Of a stretch of 64,000 nucleotides of DNA, positions 9,363-24,713 are shown piece by piece. The stretch covers positions 5,879,992-5,943,991 of the forward strand of contig CM119267.1 of the NCBI GenBank assembly GCA_051294375.1, read 5' to 3'. A model generated the notes under the pieces. That model had not been told where the DNA came from and searched no databases. It worked only from the letters and a program-made list of their open reading frames with translations. Made by a program: the position numbers and the translations under genes. This DNA comes from Paraspadella gotoi (lineage: Eukaryota; Animalia; Chaetognatha). Within the stretch, counting starts at the first letter, position 1. Each line of letters begins with the position of its first letter.

Positions 9363-12300
9363 TCAACTCCGCAAAACATCACGAACGAAATTTATGCCTT
9401 CGTCGTCGTCCGTTGTCGACATCAACGATTCTTTCAACGACCGGGACAGTTCGAGGTGACTCGACGGTGGTAAAGGAGCGGGAAGAACCTTCAAATCTCG
9501 ACCGGGAGTCTCCCGCACGTAAGAATGATAATGGTCTCTGGTTCGCTGTGCCTCTGCGTATCCCTCATTAAGGGTAGGAGGCGGTGGCGCCGCTGACGCC
9601 GGCCTTGGAGTCGACGAGATCCCTTCAGGATGCCGTCGATAATAAGCTTCTCGCGGGGAATAGTAGGGGGGGCGGGGCGAGGACGACCTGGCTCGATCGT
9701 CACGTCCTCCGGAATAACGACTACTCGAGAAGCTGGACGTGGAAGAGTCCAAACGAGTTGCGTATGAGAGATTTCTGGGACGAGCAGAGGCCGCATGCAG
9801 CCGTCCAGTTTCTTCGTAGACGTGGCGCGAGTCGTAATAATAATCTCGGCTAGAATCGCGCGAATTTGACCGGGAATTTACAAAATGCCTATCGTCGTGA
9901 TAGTGATTCGAGGGAACCGGTCGGGAGTCGCGGTGCGCCTCCACAGGCGGAGGTCGGCCGTACGGTTCCCCCGGATCAGGTCGAGAGTCGCGCGACGAAG
10001 ATCGATATTCCTCGTCCCGACGTCGCGACACGGCTAGGGGCTTCTCGCGATAATAAGGATCACGATCTCGAGAATACATATCCGTTTCCGATCGATCCCG
10101 CGTCGCCCCCCTCTCCGAGTCGTAATCTCTTTCCCTCGATCTTTGCGCAAGACGATAATCAGACTCCCTCTCTTGGTACAAGTCTCTGTCTCTGGAAACA
10201 CTCGCCGATGCCTCTTCGCGACGTTGACGAAACTCTTCCTCCGGACGAGGTTGTCTCTCGTCGTGCGGCCGAGATTCTTGATGAGAAAGGTCGCGAGAGC
10301 GTTGATCCTCTGGTGCTGGATCGTTTCGTCTGCCGTAACCGTCGTCGTATTCGCGCCGTCGCAAGCGTTCATCCTCGTATGCATCGGCGATCGGCCGTTC
10401 TCGTTCTCTTCGTCGATTCTCGTACGATTCTCGACGCCGGGGATCATCTTCCCAGCCTCGACTCTCTGGAGGATGCTTCGCTCCACTGGATCTTTCTTCC
10501 CCTTCTCTCATTCTCCTCTTATCATTGTTGACGCTTTCCCAATTGTCTCTCTCTGCCCGGCGGAAAGGTTCTTCAGTGGAGGAGCTGTCCCGTTCTCTGA
10601 TTCGTAACGTTTCGTCGTCACGGTGTCTTACCTCCGCAGCCGTATGACTAGAATCTAAAGAGGAGCGAGAAACGGAGACGGCTCGTGGCAGAGCTTGTGG
10701 CGGATTTGGCGTCGACGATGCATTCGCGGGCTGCTTCACATCGTCTTCTTCGTCCAACAATTCTCCTTCTTCAGGTTCTTCTTCAATCAGTTTTGTATCA
10801 GAGATTTTCGGTGCCGAACAAGAATTCTCGAGACAGGAAGGACCTTCACGAGGAACCGAAGAAGACGTCTGTGCGACGGTGGTTGCCATTTGAACATTCG
10901 ATTGAAGCTGAGGATCGGAAGGAGACTTACAATCGAGTTCGTTGTCCGAAACATCCTCAACACCACCGATTGCGGAAGAACTTTGTTCATCTCTGATAGG
11001 AGATAAGGCTCGAGTATCCGAAAGCAGCCTCTTCGGAGTAGGGGATGTTCGGTCCGCGTTCGAACCTTGACGACCGAATGAGTCATGGCGACGATTAGGC
11101 AATCTCTCAGTCGATGACCTTTCGTATTGCGACCAATCTGAAGAATGTCTAGTAAAGTTACGACGATTGTCAGGATGGTATTCGGAAAGATATCGTTCGG
11201 CCGAAGGGCGATCAGCTTGTCGATCGAGAGAATGGCGTTCAGTTGAACGGCGATCATCATATTGACGATTGGTACGGACGTCATAAGCGTAGCGGCGATG
11301 TTCTTCACGGTCGTAGATATCATGGTAATCTCTGGCATATCGATCAGAGCGGCGATTATGCTCCATCGGGAAACGATCAAACTTATGGCTTTTATCTTGG
11401 CTGCTGTTAGACTGGTCCTCATTGATAGACGGCTTCACATCGGCTGAGTGTCGTGCATTGATTAAATAGCTTTCTTCTAATTGCTGATCGATCTTTCGGC
11501 TTAATGAATGCTGAGAATTAGTTGCAGAGTCGCTGTCGTTGCGAACATCTTCCCTTGGATTTTTAGTGGACCGAAGTTCAGATTCAGAACTTGGGCTATG
11601 CTCAACCATCTCCCCTCGGGACATCGAGCTTGAGACTCTTTCGATCGAGGAACCCGGTCGTTCAGAGGCCTCTCTTCTGACTCTCTCTTTTTGTAGGCTG
11701 GCATCGGGCGACGGTCGATCGAAGGTGGGCACTACTTCTGAACGAGGACTTTGCGAAGAAGAGATTGCAATCTCGTCGAGATTCGAGTTTCCGAAGCCTT
11801 CTCGATCTGCGGAGCGCGGTCGATCTTCCCTCGATATTTTCTCAAAGTACCGTCCTCTCTCCGTCTTGTCCTTGGCCCAATTCCTTTTGCCAGTTTCCTG
11901 GGGGATTCGATACTGCATGGGTTTGAGGCCATCAGAGATCGACTCGTCCACGCCGCGCGCATAGGGATCCACGAAACCTTTAGCCAAGTCTTCGTCACGA
12001 TTTCGCTTGTCCAACTTTTCCAGCAGCACCTTAAGTTTGTTTTCCTTTTCCCGATTCCAATCCTCCTCGCGGCGATCGTGGATCTTCGCGCCGACCGGAC
12101 CGACGGAGGCGAGACCTTTGCCGTCCTTGTAAAAATGATATTTTTTCTCGATAACGCGCTTCTGGTGTTCCAACTGCGGAAAAAGGCTGCGGCACTCTTC
12201 CAAGGCGTTCCCGGCGGCGTCCATTTCTGCCTGTTGTATGGAATGGCCTTGGCCCTTGGCGAGGCGGACGCCGCGAAAATAGACGGCGACGGTGTAAGTC

Positions 12301-15300
12301 CGAGTGTTGGTGGGACCTTTGCTCTCGACCACCTTGTACACTGGAATGTCCGGCTCGCCCTCTTCCAAAGATCGCAGGGTGAGGCAGCATTGCTGAAGCT
12401 GACTCTTCGGATCGTTCCACTCTTGATTAAGGATGAAGCTCTCGAGTCGAGGAAAAAAGCAGACGTTGCAGAGAACTTTGCAGTATTCGAGATCTTTGTC
12501 GACGTAAAGGGCTCCGAGGAGAGCCTCGAGAACGTCGGCACGCTCCTTGGTCTTCATGTCGAACTTGGCTTTGCGGTCGTTGGCATGGATGACGAATTGC
12601 TCCATGCCCAACTCGTCGAAGACTTGGGCCTGGGTGCGGTTGTTCACCAAAGAAGAACGGAGAAGAGAAAGGTGACCCTCGTGATGCTCGGGAAAATGTC
12701 GATAGAGATAATCAGAGGCGATTAACTGAAGAATCGTGTCACCTGCGAGCGGGGAAAAAAAAATTAATGTTAAAAAATAAAATACCCTTTCGTTCGAATA
12801 AGCAATAAAAGAACCATATCCATATATCGATTACATTAAAGTTTGTATGTAAATGAAGTCTTGTCATTAAAAAACCCTTTTTCCCCCTTCTAGAATTCGC
12901 CTCCTAAAAAAAACTCGCCTAAAAACTCCATCCGTTGGTTGTGACCCAGACAAAGATTGTTGTATCCAACGGATCTAAGGGTGAAGGCGCGCGCCAGCAA
13001 CCGGATGTGAGTGAACTCGACCCCGATATCCATCTCGAATTTGGTGAGTTTCTCCAAAGCCTTAACTCGCTTGATCCAATGTCGGTCGCCCGTTTCTTCT
13101 TGCTCCTGCAGAGGATGTCGAGGAAGATTCATCCAGATGTTGTAAAGGTGTTCCTCGGGAAAGAGGCAGCTGGCGAGAATGCGGTCGGCTTGCTGGATGC
13201 CCGAGTCCAAGTAAACTGCGCCCATGAGCGCCTCGTAGCAATTGGCCATGGCGTGCTTGAGGTCGGAATCGTGGCAGAGATCGGGCCCGTGGGCGTAGAG
13301 CATGAAGTCCTGGAGGCGGAGTTTCTTCGCTAGGACGGCTAGGTGCTGGTTCTGAACGATAGCGGCGCGATAGGTGGAGAGGCCTCCTTCCTCCAAGTCG
13401 GGAAACATGAAGAACAAGTGAATGCTGGTGAGAAATTCCACGACGGCGTCGCCAAGATACTCTAGTCGCTCGTTGTGAAGGATGTCGGAGAGCTTCTCTT
13501 GCTTTTGTCCCATTTTTGACATGATGTAGATGAGGGTGTTGATACCGCGTTTTCGGGAATTGACAAAGTGAATACTGCGGTCTCCGTAGGACGGTTGTCG
13601 GATGCCGCAGTTGGACAGAGAGTTGCGCGCGTGATCGGGATTCGTTCCATAGTTTACGCGGTATGACGGGTGAGTCAGCGCAAGCTGAGGAGAAAAAGAA
13701 TAAAAAGAAATTTGAAAATATTCTGTAGGAGGGAAATCATAAAAAAAATTTAAAACTTTTAAGTAACCTGCAACAACCGTCGATCTTTGAACTGATAACC
13801 AATGATTGTCTCCAACTCTTTCAGGCAACGATGGAAACGAATGTGAGATGTCAGCACGGGAATAATGAGAGCGTGTTGAGTCACGTCGGAACGAAGACCA
13901 GTGCGCATCCAACCTTCGCTTGACATAGCGACGGTCACCTTTTATAATTTTAAAAATCAAATTTGGTTAAAATTGGTTAAATTATTAACAAAAAAAAATA
14001 TATACAAAAACATACCTCCCGTTTCATGCTCGATTTAGTGCGAATGTCCTGCAGTTGCTCCAGCTTGGATTCCAGCTTTTCACGGTCGCTGTCAGTAATC
14101 TTCGGCTTGTTGTAAAGCAGGTGCTTGAGCTTAACGTACTGTTTCCACGCCTTTTGATATTTAGGATCTCCAGCGTAGCTAAGTTGCGCTGGCCGAATAC
14201 CAAAATGAACTAGTTCCGGGTAGACGACGCTCCCAGTCAGCCTGTTTTTGTCGACCTCTCTATCCAGCTGGTCGACCCGGATGGAACTGGGAAGACTCCC
14301 TGGTCGCGTGACGATGGTGCCGCGAACTTCACCGACAAACGACTTCCACTCCGATTCGGTCATAAAAGGAATTCGTTCCAAATCTTTGTCACTGACGAGC
14401 GGTTTGGCACTTTTGATCAGGTATAGTAAAACCTGGCAACATAATTGTTAATTAGTTTACTGTATAATAGTGTATATGAAGACGTTTGTTGTGCACATGT
14501 TTTATACTCGAGTAGTCACGGGATATTAGTACACACAATGCACACACAATGCACACACAAAAGTCATAGCGGCGCAATACAGGGAGGTCCAGGTCTTTTC
14601 GGAAAAAGTATAAATACAGCTCGAGAGCGGTTTTAGAAAAAAAAAACTCAAAATTATATCAGGAAACTAAACGCTTTTCTCTTTTAATCGATACCCAATT
14701 TGACCCAAGTCTTAATTTACTCTTTTCCCAATCTTATGTTTAATATTTCCGCGCCCTTCCTCAACAAAATTTTAAAATTAAAAAAAAAATTGAAAGAAAA
14801 ACAAAGATACCGAAAATATCGCCCAATATTCTAGTGACTGTCATCCCCTAGACTTTTAAGAATCGGAGGTGCTCAAGACAAACGTCAAACACGTCTCCTG
14901 AATAACCGTTCACTTTCTAAAAGCAGTTATAGCGGTAAGAATAGTCGCAAAAGCTTGCTAAGCCTTCTGTGGTTGCTCGCAAAGAGTTTTTGCTCCAAGA
15001 TTGGGAGAAAGAAAAATACTATCCTCCACTCTAACTATTTTTCGCATTTGTACAAATTATTATTCAATTACAGTGATATTTGTTGGACTCAAACTTTTGC
15101 GAAATGTCGGATTGGAAGTAGCTCATTTCGTCCGTGTTTAATCAATAAAACCTTACATATGATTATGATTAATTATCATCAATCATCATCTGTTATTTTT
15201 GTATTAAACCTTTTCTTTCTCATACAGATCACGTGATATGATTATCGATTAGCCAGTGTCGGGGTTTTCAAACAAATTTTTAAATATTTTCCGAAAAGAC

Positions 15301-18300
15301 CTAGACCTCCCTGTAAATGGAACTGGGAATCTTGGAACTTTTTAATTTTTGTTTATTATTTTTATTTAATTTAATTTATTGGTAATAACCTTTCCTTTCG
15401 TTGTTCTGTGTATTGAGGCAAAATGGTTTTTGTTTTACAACGAATTTTTTTCTATGAAAAATAAAAAAATTCGTTGTAAAACAAAAACCATTTTGCCTTA
15501 ATTTAATTTAAATCTTTTTCAATTAACGGAATAATGCCGCTGTGCGACGACAGATCATTGGATCAACGTTGAGATCTATCACCTGGTTCATGGATAAGAG
15601 TTCCTTCCCGTTATCGGGCAAATCTCTACCGAATCTCGGCATGAGGTGAAAGAGAGGACATTTCATTGAGCGCCCCACGTCGTCGTCTTCGGACGCGATG
15701 CCGACGTCAAACTCGTCGAAAAGTTTGTACTGTGTCTTAAGCGCCCAGTCCAGATCCATCAGCTCGAGAACCTCTTCGTAGACGAAGTACTTGAATAGTT
15801 CCAACTCTCCCACCGTGAAGTTGTCCGGAAGCTTTTCTTCCTGCAGCACGATGGTGTATTCTATGTTGAAGCGAATGACCCGACAGTCGGGTATGTCGGC
15901 GACGGGGTGGTGGGTGAGAATTGAGAATCCCTCGAAGATGTAATCATGGCCGTCGTGTTCGACGATGGTGGGATTTTTCAGCAGAAAGTTGGTGTGAGGC
16001 GAGATGAGGATCCGATAGTGATGAAGCTTGTCACCGTTGTTAGTACCCCAGAGGCACTTTTCCACCTCAACCTTATCCTCGCCAGGGTAGACGATATGAC
16101 GAATGCCCGATTTGCGAGCGCGTAGGCTACACCGGCAGATGGGCCCGTCGTTGAGTTGAGCGGGTTCGTTGAACCAGAGTTCGGTATGGGCGCGACGGGG
16201 GTGGACCTTTTTTCGTTCCAACTCGTCCATCCAGTCGAAAGTTGAATCGGCATCGTCCTCGTCCTCGTCTTCGCTGGAGGATGTAGACGATTCCTCTTCT
16301 TCGTTCTTCTTGTGGTTGTGTTGATGGCGATGTTGGTGGTGGTCCTCCTCCTCCTCCTTTTGTTTCTTTCTGCCGCAGCAGCTGTGGCGATGAACGTGTT
16401 GGAGAGCAACCTACACCGACGTTTAAAATGTTTAGCATATTAATAATTCCTAAATTTTTTTTTAAAGAATATTTGCGTCTCCGATTATACCCTTCTTGAT
16501 GGTGGATCGTATTTAGCGGCACCGCGGAGCGACACCTCTCCTCGACTCAAAATGTCGCCCTTGAATTTTTCGACGAGCACCTCGATCCTGGTGGTGCCGT
16601 TCATCACGCGTGGATTGCAGAGATCTCGTTGATAGAAGACGTCCGCCGGGGAAGATCGCGTCCAAGCCGGAGTCTGGGTAGTGAAAAAAAAAAAAGAAAA
16701 AAAAAGAAAAAGAAATGCTCAGGATCGCTTTTTAGACCGAAAAAAAGCTTGACCAACCAACAACGTTTTAAGAATACCACACCAAACTAAACTTTATTCT
16801 AAAGTCTAAAAAATTAGGAAAATAGAAAAATTAAAAAACCTGATTCGTGAGTGGCGCAAAGAGTAGTTCCTCAAGGTCGGGTGACGGCTCCCTCGACGTC
16901 GCCTCCCGTTTAACCTCGCCCATGTACTCGGAGTGGCCCTCGTCATGGTAACTCTGGCGCTGATTGGCTCGATAATGGACGAGCCTGTTGAGAGGGTCTT
17001 GATGCTGACTTGATTCAGCTGTCAAGTCCGGAGACGACTCGTGTTTCAAGGCTAGAAGGTTGTTCGGATTAAAGAACAGCAATGAAACCTAAAATTATAA
17101 AACCGCCCAGTTCGATGTTAGGACAAACCTTGGTTCCAGTGTTGCGCTTTTCTTCGATCTTTCCCGTTTTCCCGCGAATTCATGGTCTTCAGGTTACGTC
17201 GTATGTAGCGCATTCCCAATGAAGTTTCGCGACGCGCTTCTTTGCGTCTTTTTGCGACTTCGATCTGAATTTAAAATATGGAGTCAAATTTGAAATGAAA
17301 AGTTTATTTTCACGACGAATTTTTTTTTTAATGAAAAATCACATATTTAGGTCTTAGCTTTAGACCTTTATCAGTGTGAATTAAATCCAAAATGAAAAAG
17401 AAGTATCAAAGAAGCATCAACGGAATGGAGCTATAGACGGACTTGGTTGGCCTAGTGATGTGATTGCTCGTCTCCTTCACGAATAATCAGCATGATCGAC
17501 GGTCGAAATTGCTCCTTAACGTCCAAACTCAAGAAAGAACCCTTCTTCAAATAATTATTGAACCGTTAAATATTGTCAACACCTTTGTCGTAACCTTTGT
17601 AATCGTGTCATTATTACCTTTGTCATCACCTTAATCATTGTCCGTCATTAATAAAACTATTCCAAATACTTTGCCACTTATTATTTACTCTCGTTATTTG
17701 ACGAAACGTCACCGGAAGAAAAGACTAAAGAACTGCGAAAGAAAAGTATAAAAAATTAACCATGAATCCTCAACCGCTAATCATGACACTAAACACAACT
17801 CAAAAAGTAAAAATCTTAAAAGCAATAGGATCGTCGCAATAGCATAAGAAAAATCTGGATTGACGACAAATTTTGATACTAAAAAAAATCAAATTTGAGA
17901 AAAGAAAATTAATTTATAAACAGAAAGAAAAAGAAGAAAAGAATAAATATAAAGAAAAAATAGAAAAGAAAGAAAGAATAAAAAGGAAAGAAAGAATAAA
18001 AAGGAAAGAAGGAATAGAAAGGAAAGAACAAAAAAAAATTTTCATTGTCAAAGAGAAGCCAAATCGTTTTCGGACGAATCAGCAGCGCAGCAGAAGCAGC
18101 CATAAAAAAAAGAAATAAATCAAAAGGCAGAAGCAGCAGAAGAAAAGAGAGAAAAAGAAAGAGCCCCTGCAGACTCATTTTTTTCCCGATGAATCAGCAC
18201 TGGGGAAAAGTGAGAGAGATAGCTACATATAATTAAAAGAGAAAAGAGAGAGAGAAAGAGACATAAAAATAAAATAGAGGATATTGGTTTGTTTTGATAA

Positions 18301-20066
18301 AACGTAAACAAAACATATTTAATAACTGTCCTTACTCAATTTTAAGGACATCGATGATGAGAAGCTGTATATAAATTTTCAGCTTCAAACACCCAAATTT
18401 AATCATCAAAAAGGCGATCTATAATTTGGAACGCCGACAACGACGCCACTTATGTGCAAAACCACCACAAAATCGTCGCAAACGCAAAGCGATTGCGACG
18501 ATAAAAAGACTCAAGAGTCAAGAGCCTTGCTACCCATCACCTTATTGACCCCTGCGGCGTCTTTCGGTTCCGCGCCGTCGCCGGGGAAACCTCTCCTATC
18601 CGGCCGCTTTTTCGACGACGCCGCCGGAGAATCGTCCGGCAACCTCCTCTTAACGGGCATGCTTGCGGTTCGTTGGGCATCTTCTCGCGACGCCGCGCCG
18701 ACGCTTCTGTTTCTCGGATGAGGCTGCGCCTCCCGCTTGACTTCAGGATGATGTGGATGGTGACGATCGAGGTCGGGCCGACGAGAGTGAGACGGAGGGC
18801 GGCCTCCCCGCCATTCCCAGCCGGAGGACGAAGACCTTCCCCGCCCCTCTTCGTTGTAAGCGTCGCTCCCGGCTCTTTGATCAAAATCGCGAGGCCGCGA
18901 GGCATCGTGGTAAGAGTTTTGCTCGTTTTGGAAAAAAGAAAGCGAATCGTTAGAGTCCGTTCGTCGCTGCTTGTAGTCGTTGAGGCTGATCCGTTTTCGT
19001 TTGGCGTCGGATTCGCATTCCTCGGGCGTCGCACGAGAGGATCGGACGACCGGGGAAATCTTTGTTTTAGAGACGCCTTGGAAGGGAAGCGGGATTGTCA
19101 AAGTGATAAATTAGCCTATAAAAAAGCCTCAACAAAAATCTCTTGAGATAACAAAGAATTTTTGGGTCTGTAATTTAATGGAGATCCTCTTCTTCCCCCC
19201 CCCCTTTAGTTCTCACCATTGTATCGATCGTGTGGCCTGGAAGATTCCGTCGGTGATCTCCTGACGAGACGCGGCGCAGGAGGGAGATCCATATAATGAG
19301 AAAATTCCTCTCGATATTCGCCCAGCGCCTTTTTTATATTTTCCTTAAAAAATAATATATTTTTATGAATTGTTTTCAAATTTTTCGTCGCCTTAAATAC
19401 CTGTTCCTCCCCGCCCTCTTTTTTCATGGGCGGAGAAAAGAGGGAAGCGACGTCGGATTCTGTCTCCACCTCAAATGCGTCATCAACGGCCGCCGTCCGC
19501 GCCGCCGCCTTTCGCCGCTCCTCGGCCAATCGTCTCTGTTCGGCGATTGGATCGCTGGAGGCGGACGGCGAATGCTTGAAGACGGCCTCGGCGCCCGACG
19601 GATCGACGCCGTTGACCGGCGTCGCTTCGTCGTCCTCGTCGCGTATCGGGCTGAATTGTCCGCAGTCGTCGTCGTCGATGCTGTCCGGATGTGGATGAAG
19701 CACGCTGGCCCGCTGCGTCGGCAGCGCGTCAGGGGCTTGGGCCGAGTCGGCGCCCGAGGGAGCGGCGGAAATTGCAGTTGCGACTTCGCTTCCTTTATTT
19801 AGTTCGAGTTGCTCGGCGCCGGTGGAATTCTCGTCTTTGACTTCCCTTTCTCGATGATGCTGAGGATGACGAAAGCCCGGCGGGGGAAGGCGATGACGCA
19901 TCGGTGTCATACCAGAGTGAGGGGGACGTCGAGAGGGTTGAAAGGGCGCCTGAGGATAGCGCGGGGGACGTGGCACTCCACGGACAGGGTAAGTGAGGGG
20001 AAGACGAGAACCGTGCGAGATGACCGGGCGAGAGCGCGGGGGGCCCCGCGGCGGGAGTCCCGACAT
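9363..20066 (-). CDS. DROSHA: Ribonuclease III Drosha, 11 exons, ~2470 aa
   Basis: Exon model 20066-19401, 19343-19217, 19076-18550, 17264-17129, 17051-16840, 16673-16491, 16410-15583, 14432-14016, 13938-13768, 13684-12919, 12742-9363 sums to 7413 nt and stays in frame. It contains a Pro-rich N-terminus, central domain (ELWFNEPAQLNDGPICRCS), RIIIDa (NERLEYLGDAVVE), RIIIDb (NQRMEFLGDTILQ...ADVLEALLGALY) and dsRBD (DPKSQLQQCC). The 5' exon boundaries are less certain. Confidence 0.95.
14580..15313. mobile_element. Non-autonomous TIR element (MITE), Tc1/mariner-like, in a Drosha intron
   Basis: 27-bp TIRs CAGGGAGGTC(C/T)AGGTCTTTTCGGAAAA with one mismatch, flanked by TA at 14578-14579 and 15314-15315. 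No transposase ORF is visible. Confidence 0.8.
15416..15498. repeat. Perfect 36-bp inverted repeat with 11-nt spacer (hairpin) in a Drosha intron
   Basis: 15416-15451 AGGCAAAATGGTTTTTGTTTTACAACGAATTTTTTT is the exact reverse complement of 15463-15498; the loop is 15452-15462. Confidence 0.95.
17814..18502 (-). mobile_element. Helentron-associated interspersed element (HINE/DINE-1-like), copy 1, in a Drosha intron
   Basis: Highly similar to 54538-55378. Subterminal inverted repeat ATCGTCGCAAT(A/C)GC at 17830-17843 pairs with GCGATTGCGACGAT at 18489-18502. There is a terminal hairpin at 18472-18502, an internal 18-bp tandem repeat (AAAGAAAGAATAAAAAGG) and flanking A-runs. The repeat is seen directly; the Helentron class is inferred from structure. 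Confidence 0.7.
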
Positions 20067-20958
20067 GACAATAGGCGCGGGGGGAGTGTCTCTCGAACAG
20101 AGAGCAGAGTCCGCGGTCAGTCATTCATAGTTTCGGGCCGAAAAATAGGCAGAAACTAAAGGCGGAAATAAAAAACTCGATAAAGTCAACTCTGAGCGAT
20201 AATACGATATTTTTTAAGACAAAGTAATACGGTGAAAAAAAAAATGTTGCGCTTATTTAATAAGTGCGGTAGAATCATCTGGTATAAAAGTTGACAGGCG
20301 ATTTCTATTTCCCGAAAACCAAAATAAAAACAGTAACAAACAAAATATGTAAATAGACTAGAGGCAGGGTTTGAGTAAAAAACACCTAAGGCGAAATCAA
20401 GTGTAGCACAGAAAAAAGTAATTTCATCGAGTTTCTAATTACGATAAAAAGTAAAACGGAGTTCAAACAAGACGAATAAAACATCGATGACCAACCCATG
20501 AAGTACGAACTAGTAGAATTCTACATTTAAATCAATTTCATATTTTCATTCAAAATAATTAAAAATCATTTCACTAATTGTTAAATAACCGATTTCTATA
20601 ATGTCCATATCGTATATAATTTCAACGCTGTTACATACAAAGCAATATAAATTCAAACGACATTAATTATTAAATGTTTTTTGGTACATGTTTTACAAAC
20701 TTACAAATTCAAAAACGTATTTCATTTGTGATTTGAATATATAACAAAACTTTACTTTACGATTATCGAACATAATATAAATTTGTATTAACATTTCTCT
20801 AGTTACGTGATATACATCAGAAGAGAAATGTTAATGAAATGAAGATAAGTTTTAATCATTTTGAATGATCAGTACGTACAAGTTTATATTTTTAACATAC
20901 ATACAAATATCAGTTGCCAACTAGGATCTTTCCACTTGAAGAAAAGAATTTGGTTCGT

Positions 20959-24225
<3,267 letters not shown>

Positions 24226-24713
24226 CTTGGGCGTCGCTAACGGACGAAGGCGGGAAGTGAAAAAAAAAAAACTTTGTGCAGGGTGGTTGGTTTTTTAATG
24301 CTATTTATAAATGTAAATAAAGATATAAGTGAAAAAATATTTCGAGATCCAATTATGTAAATGTATATAATGGAATAAAACTGAAAACATACGTACAAAT
24401 AAACACGATCATCGTAAGGAAAATTTATAATTAAAACAATGTTATCCTCTTGGTTGACTAGCCATCACTCTTTGTAAATTTACAGCGAGGAAATATAAAA
24501 TTGATGTCAAGCAATGAGATTCAAAATAAGAAGTGCACTTTGATAGTAAACCACTAATGAATTATTATTCATTCAATCCTAAAATAGCTATTCAAAAACG
24601 TACAATAGAGCAAAGTCATTCAAACTTAAAATTGATTTTTATAGGTAAATAAATTAAAGACTTGCTAAAATAAACGAAACATGTATTCAAAAATATCTTA
24701 AGTAAACAATGGC

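Noticed and set aside
14531-14560. Three copies of CACACACAATG-like 11-mer
   Set aside because: Short intronic minisatellite with no spacers; not a CRISPR array or other functional repeat.
17873-18311. Lys/Glu-rich and Phe-rich ORFs (also 54874-55077)
   Set aside because: Translations of the A-rich tandem interior of the HINE-like repeat.
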